DNA of 64,000 nucleotides, from the NCBI GenBank assembly GCA_013265495.1, contig MU058451.1:886584-950583 (forward strand). Reading direction: 5' to 3'. A model generated the notes under the pieces. The model worked only from the letters and a program-made list of their open reading frames with translations. It ran no database searches and had not been told where the DNA came from. Position numbers and translations under genes: made by a program. This DNA is from Vicugna vicugna (Eukaryota). Below are positions 1-11,132 of the stretch, piece by piece (the first letter of the stretch is position 1; the number at the start of each line of letters is the position of its first letter).

Positions 1-1416
1 GCATCCGTGTTTCTTCTGTTGCCAATAAAAACCCCCGGCGCTGTTCTTTCTCCTCCGCGTCCTTCTATTGCTTCTGACAGAGTTTGCCAGTTAGCTGAGG
101 TCAGGATTTCCTTTTTACAAACAACCTGCTTTCAGTCAGTGGGGCCAAAGGTTTCCCAAATTACAAACCCTTTCATTTTTTCTGCCACAAGTTATCCTGT
201 CAGTCTGTATAATTGCATGAATGGAGAGACATGGAAACATTTCTGAGAGACACCGAAAGAAAGAAATGCCTTTACGAGCCCTCCCCTGGACTGTCAGAGC
301 TCTCCTGAGCGGGATGGGCAGGACCATGCGAACTGGCGGAAGCCTCTGTAGCTGCGCAGAGCGTGGGGGTTCCAGTGTCTGCGAGGAAACTTTGTCCAGT
401 TCTTAAACGAACACGCAGTGTCCGAGGCAGCATCCCCATGTTCTGTTAAGCAAATGCCCTCCTTTATATTCATTTGAATTGAAGAACATCCAAGTCATAT
501 TCAGATGTTTTGAAAAGCAAATTTTAAAAGCTATTACAAAATATCTGTGAATTTGACATTGGTAAATGCTGATTGGAAGACAAATTTTAAACCAACCTCT
601 GGAAGACGTGCTAAGGTTTTTTAAAAAAAAAAACAGCAGCAGCAGCTTTCAGGTATCACTGGACAATTGTACTGACTACGGACAGGATGCCAAACAGACC
701 TTGAAGATGGAAAGTGCTGCCGAAGCCCTGGGGTGGGGCGAGAGAGCAGGGCACGGAGCCAGCTTTCATTGGCCTGAGAGCTCCTGATCTCTTCACAATT
801 CCGTGTTGCATCCAAGAGTCCGCTGGGGTCGTGACTCTGCCTTATTTGGCTGTGACCTCTCTGGCAAAGCATTTAACCTGAGTTTTGTAATCTGTAAAAT
901 AAAGGGCTCAGCTAGACACTACTGAGAGCTAACATCTGAAGTCTGGTCTAGCCTGGCGTGGAATAATCACCACCGTGAAGGGGTCCAGGCTGCGTGTGCT
1001 GATGCAGGAGGCTGGATGAGATTTCTTTTCCCATCCTCTTGATTTTTCTTTCTCCCTGAGCAGAGGGATGAATGGCTACGTTCATGTGTAATAAAAGCCT
1101 GAAGTTTTACTCAGAGGTGAAGGCCAGTTAAAGCCTCAGCCTGCTCTCCTGACCACGCCGACCCACCCTCCCTGAGCCCCGGTCCTGGGGCCTGCGGCTT
1201 TTCTTCCCCTTCTCGTCTCCCCTCACCCTGCTCTGGCTGGTCCAGCCTGCAGGTCTCAGCTTAGACGTCAGCTCTTCGGGGGAGCGTTTCCTGCCTGCCC
1301 TGCCAGCCCTGCCTCCCTCACCATCAGTACTGCTCCCTGAAGCCTGTGGTATCATTGCGATTCTTTTTTTTTAAATAGCCACCATCCCAATGCTTGAGGT
1401 CAGGGTACTAGACTGT

Positions 1417-1528
1417 TTTTAAAAAAATTATTTACTTATTTTTTAAATGGAGATACGGGGGATTGAATTGAACCCAGGACCCCATGAATGCTAAGCACGC
1501 ATTGTACCACTGAGCTCTATACTCAGCC
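1417..1528 (-). mobile_element. tRNA-derived SINE (camelid Vic-1-like)
   Basis: Minus strand reads GGGCTGAGTATAGAGCTCAGTGGTA (A box)...GGGTTCAATTC (B box), then an A-rich tail. TSD ctagactgt at 1408-1416 and 1529-1537. Confidence 0.85.
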
Positions 1529-1649
1529 CTAGACTGTCTTTTTCATCTTGTTTCCTAAACCATGCCAGTCCCCTTGTAAACAAATCATCTGTGCCATCAA
1601 AGAGCTGGTCCTTTAGTTGGGGAGGACAAAAATGTCCGTGAATACCTGG

Positions 1650-1890
1650 CCATCATAATAACGGGCAGCATAAATAACATGCCAAGTGGTGTCCCAAGCA
1701 CTTTACGCAGGTTAACCTACTTGGTTCTCATAATAATGCTCTGAAGTAGACATTGTTACCCCCTTTTTACATATGAGGAGATTAAGGCGCAGTGAAGTTA
1801 AACTACGTGGCCAGCTAAAACCGGGAAGATGGGATTCAAACCCAGGCAGCTGGCCCGTGAAGGCTGGGCTGTCAGCCACTGGGTGTGCTA
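1650..1890 (-). mobile_element. MIR SINE relic
   Basis: Core-like tttacatatgaggagattaaggcgcag...gggattcaaacccaggcag; boundaries approximate. Confidence 0.7.
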
Positions 1891-3699
1891 TCTCACGGTG
1901 GTGGGGAGACCCCTACCTCCGGAGGTGTCCAGATTCCTCGTGTCTCACTGCTTCCCTTGTTCAACCCATTAGCCAGTGCTGTCGTCACCGTCGCAAAAAA
2001 TAAACCCAGCTGACCATTTCCCCATCCTCATCTGCCCCTGGCTGTTGCTCCCGGCTAGCCTGGTAACTTGTGTCCCCACTTCTTCTCTTGCTGGTTTGTA
2101 GCCCATTCTTCACCCAGTGGCCCAAGCGATCATTTCAAAGAGGGTATCAGATGGGGTCACAACCCTGTGTAAAGCCCTCAGTGGCCATTAGACTAGCATC
2201 CAAATGTCTTAGCAAGACTTTCGGAGTCTCAGCTCCTTCCCAGAGTCACCTCTTCTTGGACCTGTGGGTGTGAGTCTCACTCCTCGAACACAGTAAATAG
2301 AAGTCCTCTCTTCTGGGGATTGTTGCCTCTGTCCTCTGCCCCTGATCTTCACATATTGCCTGCTTCTGAGCAGTTGGTCTCGGTTCACATGTCTTGTCTC
2401 TGTCCATCCTGTTCAAGGAAGCCCTGTGACCCCCATGCCCTGTCTTCATTTTCCATAAGGAACGTTTCCCACTGAATGTATCCTATCCCTTCATTCATTT
2501 GGTAATTCATTTGTCTGTTGCCACCTATTCCGATGTAAACTCCATCCTCAGGAGTGGGGACCTCCATCCCTAGCATCTAGAACAGTGAGCCTTTATTGAA
2601 GGGAATAATAGGAACTGCCAACAAGACTGTGGACATTGAGTGGGAGAAGTTCAAGAGGTGGAGCTAACACTGTGCTGTGCTGGGGAGGGAGGCTCTGCAA
2701 AGGAGAAGGCTCTGGATGGAGCTGGACATGGTTTGGGTGGATTGAAGGTGGAGGAAGCATTGACAGCCGTGGGAAAGCTCTAGTAAAGATGAGGCAGGGA
2801 TGCTTACAGGCAGTTGGGTCCATTAAAGAGCCCAGTTAATATATCCTGAAGGTTTGTTCATAAGAATAATGAGAGATAATGGGAAAAAAGTTGCAATGTT
2901 ATTTGGAAACCCTAGCATGCCAGGTACAGAAGTCTGGGCTCTAATCTATGGTCCAAGGGGAGCCCTTTAAACATTTTAGCCAGGGGGTGTCAGGTTCGAA
3001 GCAGTGCTTTAGAAAAGTCATCTTTTGGGGATATGCTCTCCATTTTGCCTATTTCCATACCTTCTTTGCCTGAGACCTCACGGTCCCGCCCCGCTCCACT
3101 GCTGCCTTGTAAAGATGTTCCCCAAACTCTTCATTCTCCGGTGTCGGAGGACGCTCAGACACTTCATTACTCAAGCCACTTGGCCGAGTGTGTGTGTGTG
3201 AAAAATGAACATCCTGGGCCTGATAAACAAGTCAGATCACTGCGTTTTTGATTCTCACGTGTTTGTACATACAAATGTTGTGTTGCTAAGATTAAATCCC
3301 AGGAGGAAGCCAGTTGTGTTGCTTTATAGCTCTTTGGCAGTGATTGATCTGGCCAAATCTTAGAGGTGTATGTTGTGGGCGTTCTTTATAGATGAAACTG
3401 GTTTATAGTGCTGTCTCTTGGGTATTTAAGTGGCTCAGTCTATGCTCTGGCATCCGAGATACTTGATGCTGAATTCTGTTCTATAGCAGATAAATGTGAG
3501 TCAGGGTCTAGTTTATATAGGTTTGGAGGAAGCAAAGAGCTTTTCCATTCGTCTGTTTTTACAGTGATCAAAGAAACAGCTGTTACTCCCCTCGCTTGGT
3601 CCTCTCCAGGACTGATAAAGCCATTACTGCAGTTGCTTCATACGACTTCCTTTTGTTGGACTCCGAGCCTTCTTAAAGCAACTGAGATCCTGCTGTTTC

Positions 3700-3766
3700 T
3701 CGTAACCAAGACAAAGAAAATACTGACATGCAAGGAGCTTACAGTACTTCACAAATCCGTTTTATT
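3700..3766 (-). terminator. Probable main EYA1 polyadenylation signal and downstream element
   Basis: tttatt at 3761-3766 (AATAAA on minus) followed on minus by U/GU-rich tattttctttgtcttggtt. Confidence 0.7.
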
Positions 3767-5735
3767 AATTTAAACACAAATTTAATGAAGAAAAATCCTG
3801 TACACAATTGTGGACACAACACACCTTTATACAGTAAGGCCAAGATAAACCTTGTCTTTTCAGTCTGCAGAGTACAAAAACGTAAAATGAAAAGGCTAGA
3901 AAAATTGTCAACTTCTGTTTGCTTCAAGCAAAAGAAAAAAAAAACTGAATTATTATTATTACACATTTGGAGAATTCACAACTAATTCTAGCAGCAACAT
4001 GAAACTTGAGAAAAGGATAGAGTAGCACTTTTGCCACTTTGGGTCAAAACTGGTGTTTTTTTCCTCCCAAAATGTTATTAAAGAAAATTCATCCATGAAG
4101 TAATTTCATGACAATGGAAGGCTTTAGATGAGAGAAACTAGCACCTAGATGAACTGACCGATCCCTTTTGGAGAAACTTTCTTAGGGTATTACAAAGGTG
4201 ACTGTTTTTATTGCCCAGATTATGCTTGTCACGTAATAATCCATCCTGAGGGCAAAGGGTAGCGTTGTTTCCTTGGTGATGATGACCGGCCACGTCCACT
4301 GCAGGCGATGAACTTGTCCTGGGGGGGCTGGGTGGGGGCGGGGGGAAAAAAAAAGGCTGGGTGGGGGCGGGGGGAGGTGAGTGTGGAGGAAAAGACAGAA
4401 GGACACAAAGGTAAGAAGTACTACAAAGTTTTGCTGAGTTCCAGCTATGGGGTAATGTCCTCCCTAACGTCATTTTAAACAGGAAAATGCAGACACTGTC
4501 ATCTGAGCACATGGAAACTCTGCGAGTGTCCAATTCATGAACCACTTTATTAATAAAATATATCTATCAATCAGCTACATTCTTTCTGTGGGAAGAAGCA
4601 TTTGAATAATCATTTTTTCCCCAAGTAGTTACATATAATACACTAGGGTTGAAAATGAAAAAGTGAGGTTGTAAGAGGGCTTTTTTCCCCCAAATTAAGA
4701 CACTGCTGTGTTATTTTACCAAGGCCCTCCTAACAGCATTTTTTTAAAAAAAAGAACTGATGGGGAGAAAAAAAAAAAGGAAAACAAAATCCTATTGACA
4801 CTTGACATCCATGCCTTTGGTCTTGACAACATCATCTAAAAAAAAAAAAATCCATTATCTACATATTTATACCCAGTACTTGGATAAGGCACTGCACATC
4901 TGTGCACACTGCCTCATACTTCACGAGCAAGGCATTGCTACCTCTCGGCATCCTTTTCCTAAACAATATGTAAAAGAATCATCCATTATTACAAATTTAC
5001 ACCAAAAATTCTTTCTGTACATGATTGTCTCAGTGATGTACATATTATACGTTTAAATTAGACATATTTTAAACTACTTTGCAATGTGCTAAAATTCAAA
5101 GTACTTGCTGTGTCGTGAGGCCAGGGCCTTTAATTGCTTCTCTCTTAAGCTAATCATCTCTTCAATTATTTGATGTCCAAAAAGTCTGTTCAAGTGAACT
5201 GTATGGTTCTTGAATTATACCTCAATAAAGCTGTTTTTTTTTTAAAGTCTGTTCATAAATAAGTAGAGATGTAGAGATTACCCTGGATATGAGACACCAA
5301 AAAGTAAACCTTTACAAGAAAAATCCCCCCACTGGTATTCAGGAAACACATTTCAGTCTTCGTTGTGCAATCAAGTTGGCTGTATTGGAGAAGCTGTTTA
5401 TGTCACATTGAAGATTCTAAAAACTTAAGCATCTGCAGGTCCTTTCTTCACAGGTTTGAACCATGTAGTTAATGTGGCCAAGACACATCACACTGTGCTA
5501 GAACATTCTCATGGCTTATTTTCATGGGATTCACAGTACGAGAGTCAACAGCTGTTCTGAAGAAAGGGATGTGGTCCTTCACGTCCCACTAGGGCAGAGG
5601 TGAGGACCCCCAGCAGCTGGGCATCAATATGTTGAAATCGCTAGTTTGGAGTCCAGCGCCGACACGGGACGCAGGCCTGCTGGATTTGTTCCTGGTCACA
5701 GGGCAGATGTGCGATTTCAAAGTGCTATGTGGCAG
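3740..5735 (-). other. EYA1: EYA1 3' UTR (~2 kb; distal end approximate)
   Basis: Follows the stop codon; AT-rich and largely repeat-free; ends near AATAAA followed by a U/GU-rich element. Confidence 0.75.
5193..5243 (+). mobile_element. Extremely 5'-truncated L1 3'-terminal fragment in the EYA1 3' UTR
   Basis: gaattatacctcaataaagctgtt resembles L1M 3' termini. Perfect 12-bp flanking duplication aaagtctgttca. Confidence 0.7.
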
Positions 5736-5939
<204 letters not shown>

Positions 5940-7994
5940 TTAAGATCTTAACATCACATCTGTTTAAAACAAAACTTCAAACTTAATCCTCCCCTAAGAA
6001 TACTGGACTGCATTTTAAAATGGAACCTGGAGTCTGTTTCTTTTAAGAAGGTGATGGGTCTTTCTTCAGCACATCTACGCTGTGACTTGCATGCCGATTT
6101 CAAACTTTAACTAAAACACAGTAGCTACGAACCAAAACCTTGTCCAACAGTTGCCTTTCAGAATCTGTACCCAGTGGATTTTTCATGCTGAAAGTTTAAG
6201 CAGCTTTCCTTTAGCTGGTGGTGGTTTTACATTTTCCAGAACTTAATGTTACTCATGTAAGAGGCAACTTTTGTTCATTTATTTCCATCAGGCGTTCTTC
6301 GCTCTGACGTTTAGACAGCTTTACCAGATGGGAAAATTTTAAATGAACACCTAAGGTAGGTTTCTGTTTTTTGGTAGTTATTGTTTAAAACATCAATCTC
6401 AAAATCTAGCTTAAATAATGGGAAGGTTTGTGAAATGTGTGAAATTCAAACCAGAGACAAGAAAAACGGGGGGAAAAAAAACCCCACAGAGGTTACCTCA
6501 TCCATGAAGGATGAAAACATGATTATGAAGTTGACTGCTCCAAAGCACTGGAGTAAGTACAAATCTTTTTCTTGGGTAAGTGAATGATAATCATTACCTT
6601 TCTTTCAGAGGACAAAATTCTGTCTAGCCCATAGGAAAATAATTTTTTTCACACAAAAAATGTGGAACCCTAAGTATAATTTGAAATTATATAGTTCAAA
6701 GGAATTTTTTAAAAAAAATTCAGACTATTAGGAGAATGTGGCATGAGAGCAAATAGAATTCGGAACTGAGGAGTTTGTGGGGGATTATCTGTAAGGAATA
6801 GAGAAGCTACTAGTGTCACTCGGTTATTAACACTCTTTGTCTCAATCTGCTAAAGGCCTGACCACAGTTCAATATCACGTGTAGATCTTTCTGGATTTTA
6901 TACTGTTTTAGAATATGTCTATATTTGTGTTATCATTCAGTAATAGAATTAAACAGAACCAAGTACTAGAGATCTTTTCAAATTTTTAGAATGTCCTGCT
7001 TGGCAACTTTAGATCCTAAAAATAGACTGTACTGGCTTTCATTCACTCAATAATGACTTTTTGAATTTGCAGGCAGGGTGTAGAAGACATCCCAGGCCCA
7101 CCTGCTCAGTCTGTGGGTGAGTAGCAGCAAAAAAGAGGTGGGGGGGGTCATTCCCTTTGCCCGGAGAACTGGGGAAACACTTGTTAAGAGGAAATAATAG
7201 TTGAGCCAGTTATGAAAGGCCGATCACTTTAGAAGAGCACTTTAATGGCTGTGAGTGAAGGAGAGGAGCAGAGGATGAAGGAGAAATTCACCACGAGCAT
7301 CCTGGCTGTGTGAGAGAGACATGACTGTGACCTGATTGGCTGTAGGAGCCCAGTGGAGCAGCACCTGGTAACCCTCTTAAACAGAATAATAATGGTAGTC
7401 TTATAATCACTCATTGTTAAATGTAAATCATGACCGAGGCTGGGGGAGAGGACAGGGAACTCAAACACGTGTTAACAAATAATTAGAACTAATAGTGCAA
7501 AATAATATTTTCCCTAACTAAGCACATACTGATGTGAAGATTATGGCTCTAGGCCAAATGGGTGCAAAGTAAACAGGTTTTTTCTTGCATCAATGTTTAG
7601 CTTGGAACAAATATTTCTTACATGAAGTCTTCGAGAGATGGCTGCAAAGAAGGAAAGAAAAGCAGGTTCGAGAATGAGGAGACCCGAGTTACTCTCTCAA
7701 CTCTGACTTTAGTTACATGACTTCGAATCATAACAAACCTCCCTGGAGCTGCAGTTTGTTCATTTGTAAAATAAGGGTTTAGGGGGAATGACTCACTGTT
7801 GCTTCTAGGTTTAAGATGATCTATAACTTTATCATTATCATTAAAATCACCTATTGCTTCTCCATCACTGCAGGTACAGCAGATTTGTAAAATAACATAC
7901 ACAATGTAAGCTTCCACTGCCAAGGACCAGCAGGTAAGATGTATCTGCTTGAAACTATTTCATTACAATATACAGCAGTGAGGAATTAAGAATC

Positions 7995-8275
7995 GGGATG
8001 ACCTAGCCAGAGCAATCAGGCAAGAAAAATAAGTAAAAAGCGTCAGAATTGGAAAGCAGGAAGTAAAACTATTTGCAGATGACATGATTTTATATATAGA
8101 AAATCCTAAAGACTCCAACAAAAAAACCTGTTAGATATAATCAACAAATTCAGAAAAACTGCAGGATGCAACATTAACAAATATCAGCAGCATTTCTATA
8201 CTCTAAGAACAAATTATCTGACAAAGAAATAAAATGATCTCATTTACAGTAGCATCAAAAATAAAATACTTAGGA
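7995..8275 (+). mobile_element. Host L1 ORF2 fragment (RT region), 5' part
   Basis: ctagccagagcaatcaggcaagaaa...tttgcagatgacatgatt (FADDM motif). Confidence 0.9.
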
Positions 8276-10020
8276 TTTCCAGTCAAGATGGCAGAACGGT
8301 AGGATCATGAGCTCCCCTGTCCTCATGACTACAATGAAACCACAACTGAATGCTAAAGGACCATCGGGAAAAAAGACTGGAACCTAGCAAAAAAGATCTG
8401 CACCTGGAAACGTAAAGAGGGAACCACAGCAGGACGGTAGGAGGGGCCCTGCTCACGATGTAATTGGGCCCTGTACCCCCTGGGTGGGCGACCCACAAGC
8501 TGAAGAATAGTTAAGCCACAGAGGCCCTCCCACAGGGTTGAGAGCTCTGAGCCCCACGCCAGGCTCCCCAGCCCGGGTTCTGGCTTTGGGAAGAGAAGGA
8601 AACCCCAGGACATCTGGTTTTGAAGGCCAGTGGGGCTTGGCTCCAGGACTGCCACAGGACTGGGGGAAATGGAGACTCCATTTGCTTGGGAAGCGTACAC
8701 AGAAACTCACATTGCGCCAGGTCCAAGGCCAGAGGCAGTGATTTCATAGGAATCTGAGCCAGGTCTGCCTGCTGGATTTGGAGGGTCTCCTGGGGATGTG
8801 GGGGACAGCTGTGGCTCACTTAGGGGACATAAAAGCTGGTGGTGGGCTTTCCTGGAGGTTGACATCATGATTGGATCATTAGCATCAAGACCTAGCCCCA
8901 CCAAACAGCATACAGGGTGGGAACACAGCCCTACCCACCAGAGGTCCAGGATCCAGCTTTACCCAGCAGTGGGCAGGCACTGGCTTCTCCTGCCAGGAAA
9001 CTTGCATAAGCCTCATCCACCAGGGGCAGATACTAGAAATAAGAAAACAACTACCCCAAAGCCTGTGGAAGAAATCCACAAACACATGGAAAGATAGACA
9101 ATATGAGGTGGCAAAGGAGTATCTCCCAGGCCAAGGCACAGGATAAAATCCCAGAAGAAGAAATAAGTGATGAGGAGCTAGGCAATTTATCTGAGAAAGA
9201 GTTTAAAGTAATGATGGCAAAGATGTTCAGAGAATTCAGGAGGAGTATAGATGCACAGAGTGAAGTTTTAGCAAAGAGCTGGAAAATATAAAGAATACCC
9301 AGAGTTGAAGAATAAAATCACTGACATGAATAACACACTAGAAGGAACCAAGAATAGATTAAGTGAGGCAGAAGAATGGATCAGTGAGCTAGAAGACAGA
9401 TGAGAGGAAATCACTACTGCAGAATAGAAAAAAGAAAAAAATGAAAAGAAATGAGGATAGTTTAAGAGAACTCTGGGACGACATGAAGTACACTAATATT
9501 CACATTATAGGGGTCCCAGAAAAAGAAGAGAGAGAAAGGACCTGAGAAAAATTTTGAAGAGATAATCACTGAAAACTTCCCCAACTTGGGAAAGGAAACA
9601 GTAACCCAAGTCCAGGAAGTGCAGAGTGCCACACAGGATCAACCCAAAGAGGAACATGGCAAGGTGCATAGGCTTCAAATTAAGAAAAATTAAGGATGAG
9701 GAGAAAATAAAAAAAATTAGCAAGAGAAAAGCAACAAATACCATACGAGGGAACTCCCATAAAGTTATCAGCTGATTTTTCAGCAGAAACTCTAAAGGCC
9801 AGAAAGAGTGGCATGATATATTTAAAGTGATGAAAGAGGAAAACTTAAAACCAAGAATACCCTATCCAGCAAGGCTCTCTTTCATACCAAAAGCTTCAAA
9901 GACACAAAAGCTAAAAGATTTCAGCACCATCAATCGAGCTTTACAACAAATGTTAAAGGACCTTCTCTAGTCATCAAACTGTAAGAAAAGAGTACAAAAA
10001 GAAGGGGGGGGAAAGACCTA
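8276..10020 (+). mobile_element. L1 5' UTR plus degenerate ORF1 (ATG 9103, stop ~9970)
   Basis: Starts with the L1-type caagatggc. GC-rich 5' UTR. ORF 9103..9291 is ORF1p-like (LSEKEFKVMMAKMF); later ORF1 motifs attcacattataggggtcccagaa and tatccagcaaggctctct; multiple stops. Confidence 0.85.
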
Positions 10021-10540
10021 CAGAAGATTGCTTTGGCTGTTTGGGGTCTTTTGTGGTTCCTTATAAATTTCGGAATTGTTCGTTCTAGTTCTGTGAGGAA
10101 TGTCGTGAGTATTTTGATGAGGGTTGCGCTGAACCTGTGGATTGCTTTGTATAGTATGGCCATTTTTATACTGTTGATTCTTCCAATCCAAGAACACAAG
10201 AAATCTTTCCATTTCTTTGCATCATTTTGGTTTTTGGAGTATAGGTAACCTCCTTGGTTAAGTTTATTTCTAGGTATTTTGATGTTTTTGATGTAATAGA
10301 AATGTTTATGCTGGTTATAAAATTCTGGTTTTTGAAGCGGAAAAAAAAAGTGAAGAGCCACAAATGGCAAAATATCCTTCTTTCTCACAGGTGAGTTGTA
10401 CTCCATTACATGTATATTTGCTGCATCTTCATTATTTGCTCAACTATTGATATGCACTTAGGATGCTTCCATGTCTTGGCAATTGTAAATATTGTTGCTG
10501 TTAACAGCAAGGTGTATGTATCTTTTTGAATTAATTCTTA
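10021..10540 (-). mobile_element. Inverted L1 ORF2 fragments (two pieces)
   Basis: ORF 9930..10406 contains [21 protein letters not shown]...[16 protein letters not shown], typical of L1 ORF2p. Confidence 0.85.
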
Positions 10541-10654
10541 TTTTGTGGTTGGCTTTAGAGCTTTAGCTTTTTAAACTTACATAATTATTAAAAACATTCT
10601 TAGAAACAATGAAGAGTACATATATGTAAATTAAAAAATATATGGGCAGTAAAA

Positions 10655-11115
10655 AAAAAAAGCTATCAAGCCATGAAAGACATGGAAGAAACTTAAAGGT
10701 CATATTACTATGACCTATCTGATTCCAACCAAACAACATTCTGGAAAATGCACAGCTACAGAAACAATGAAAAGATAGTGGTTTCCAGAGGTTTGGGGAG
10801 AGGGAGGGAGGATTCTTAGGACAATGAAATTATTCTGTATGATACTCTAGTGGTGACTACATGCCATCATGCATTTGTCAAAACCCATAGAATGTACAAC
10901 ATCAAGAGTGAACCCTAATGTAAACTATGGACTTTGGTTGATAATGTGTCCATGTTGGTTCATCGATTGTACTAAATATGCCACACTGATGCAGGATGTT
11001 GAGGGTAGCGGAGTACATATGTGTGGGTGGGGAGGGCTATGTGCAAACTCTCTGCATTTTCTGCTCAATTCTGCTGTGAACCTGAAACTGCTCTAAAACA
11101 TAGTCTATTAATAAA
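10655..11115 (+). mobile_element. L1MC-like 3' UTR
   Basis: aaacccatagaatgtacaacatcaagagtgaaccctaatgtaaactatggactttgg...gctgtgaacctgaaactgctctaaaa; ends in AATAAA at 11110-11115. Confidence 0.8.
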
Positions 11116-11132
11116 AAATACATAAGTTTAAA

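Noticed and set aside
1417..1528. tRNA-like sequences here and at 27000-27075
   Set aside because: A/B boxes belong to SINE heads with tails; not functional tRNA genes.
4138..4545. 135-aa proline-rich ORF
   Set aside because: Lies in the 3' UTR; prolines come from the C-rich repeat.
4936..4946. let-7 seed-like ctacctc in the 3' UTR
   Set aside because: On the plus strand, so not present in the EYA1 mRNA.
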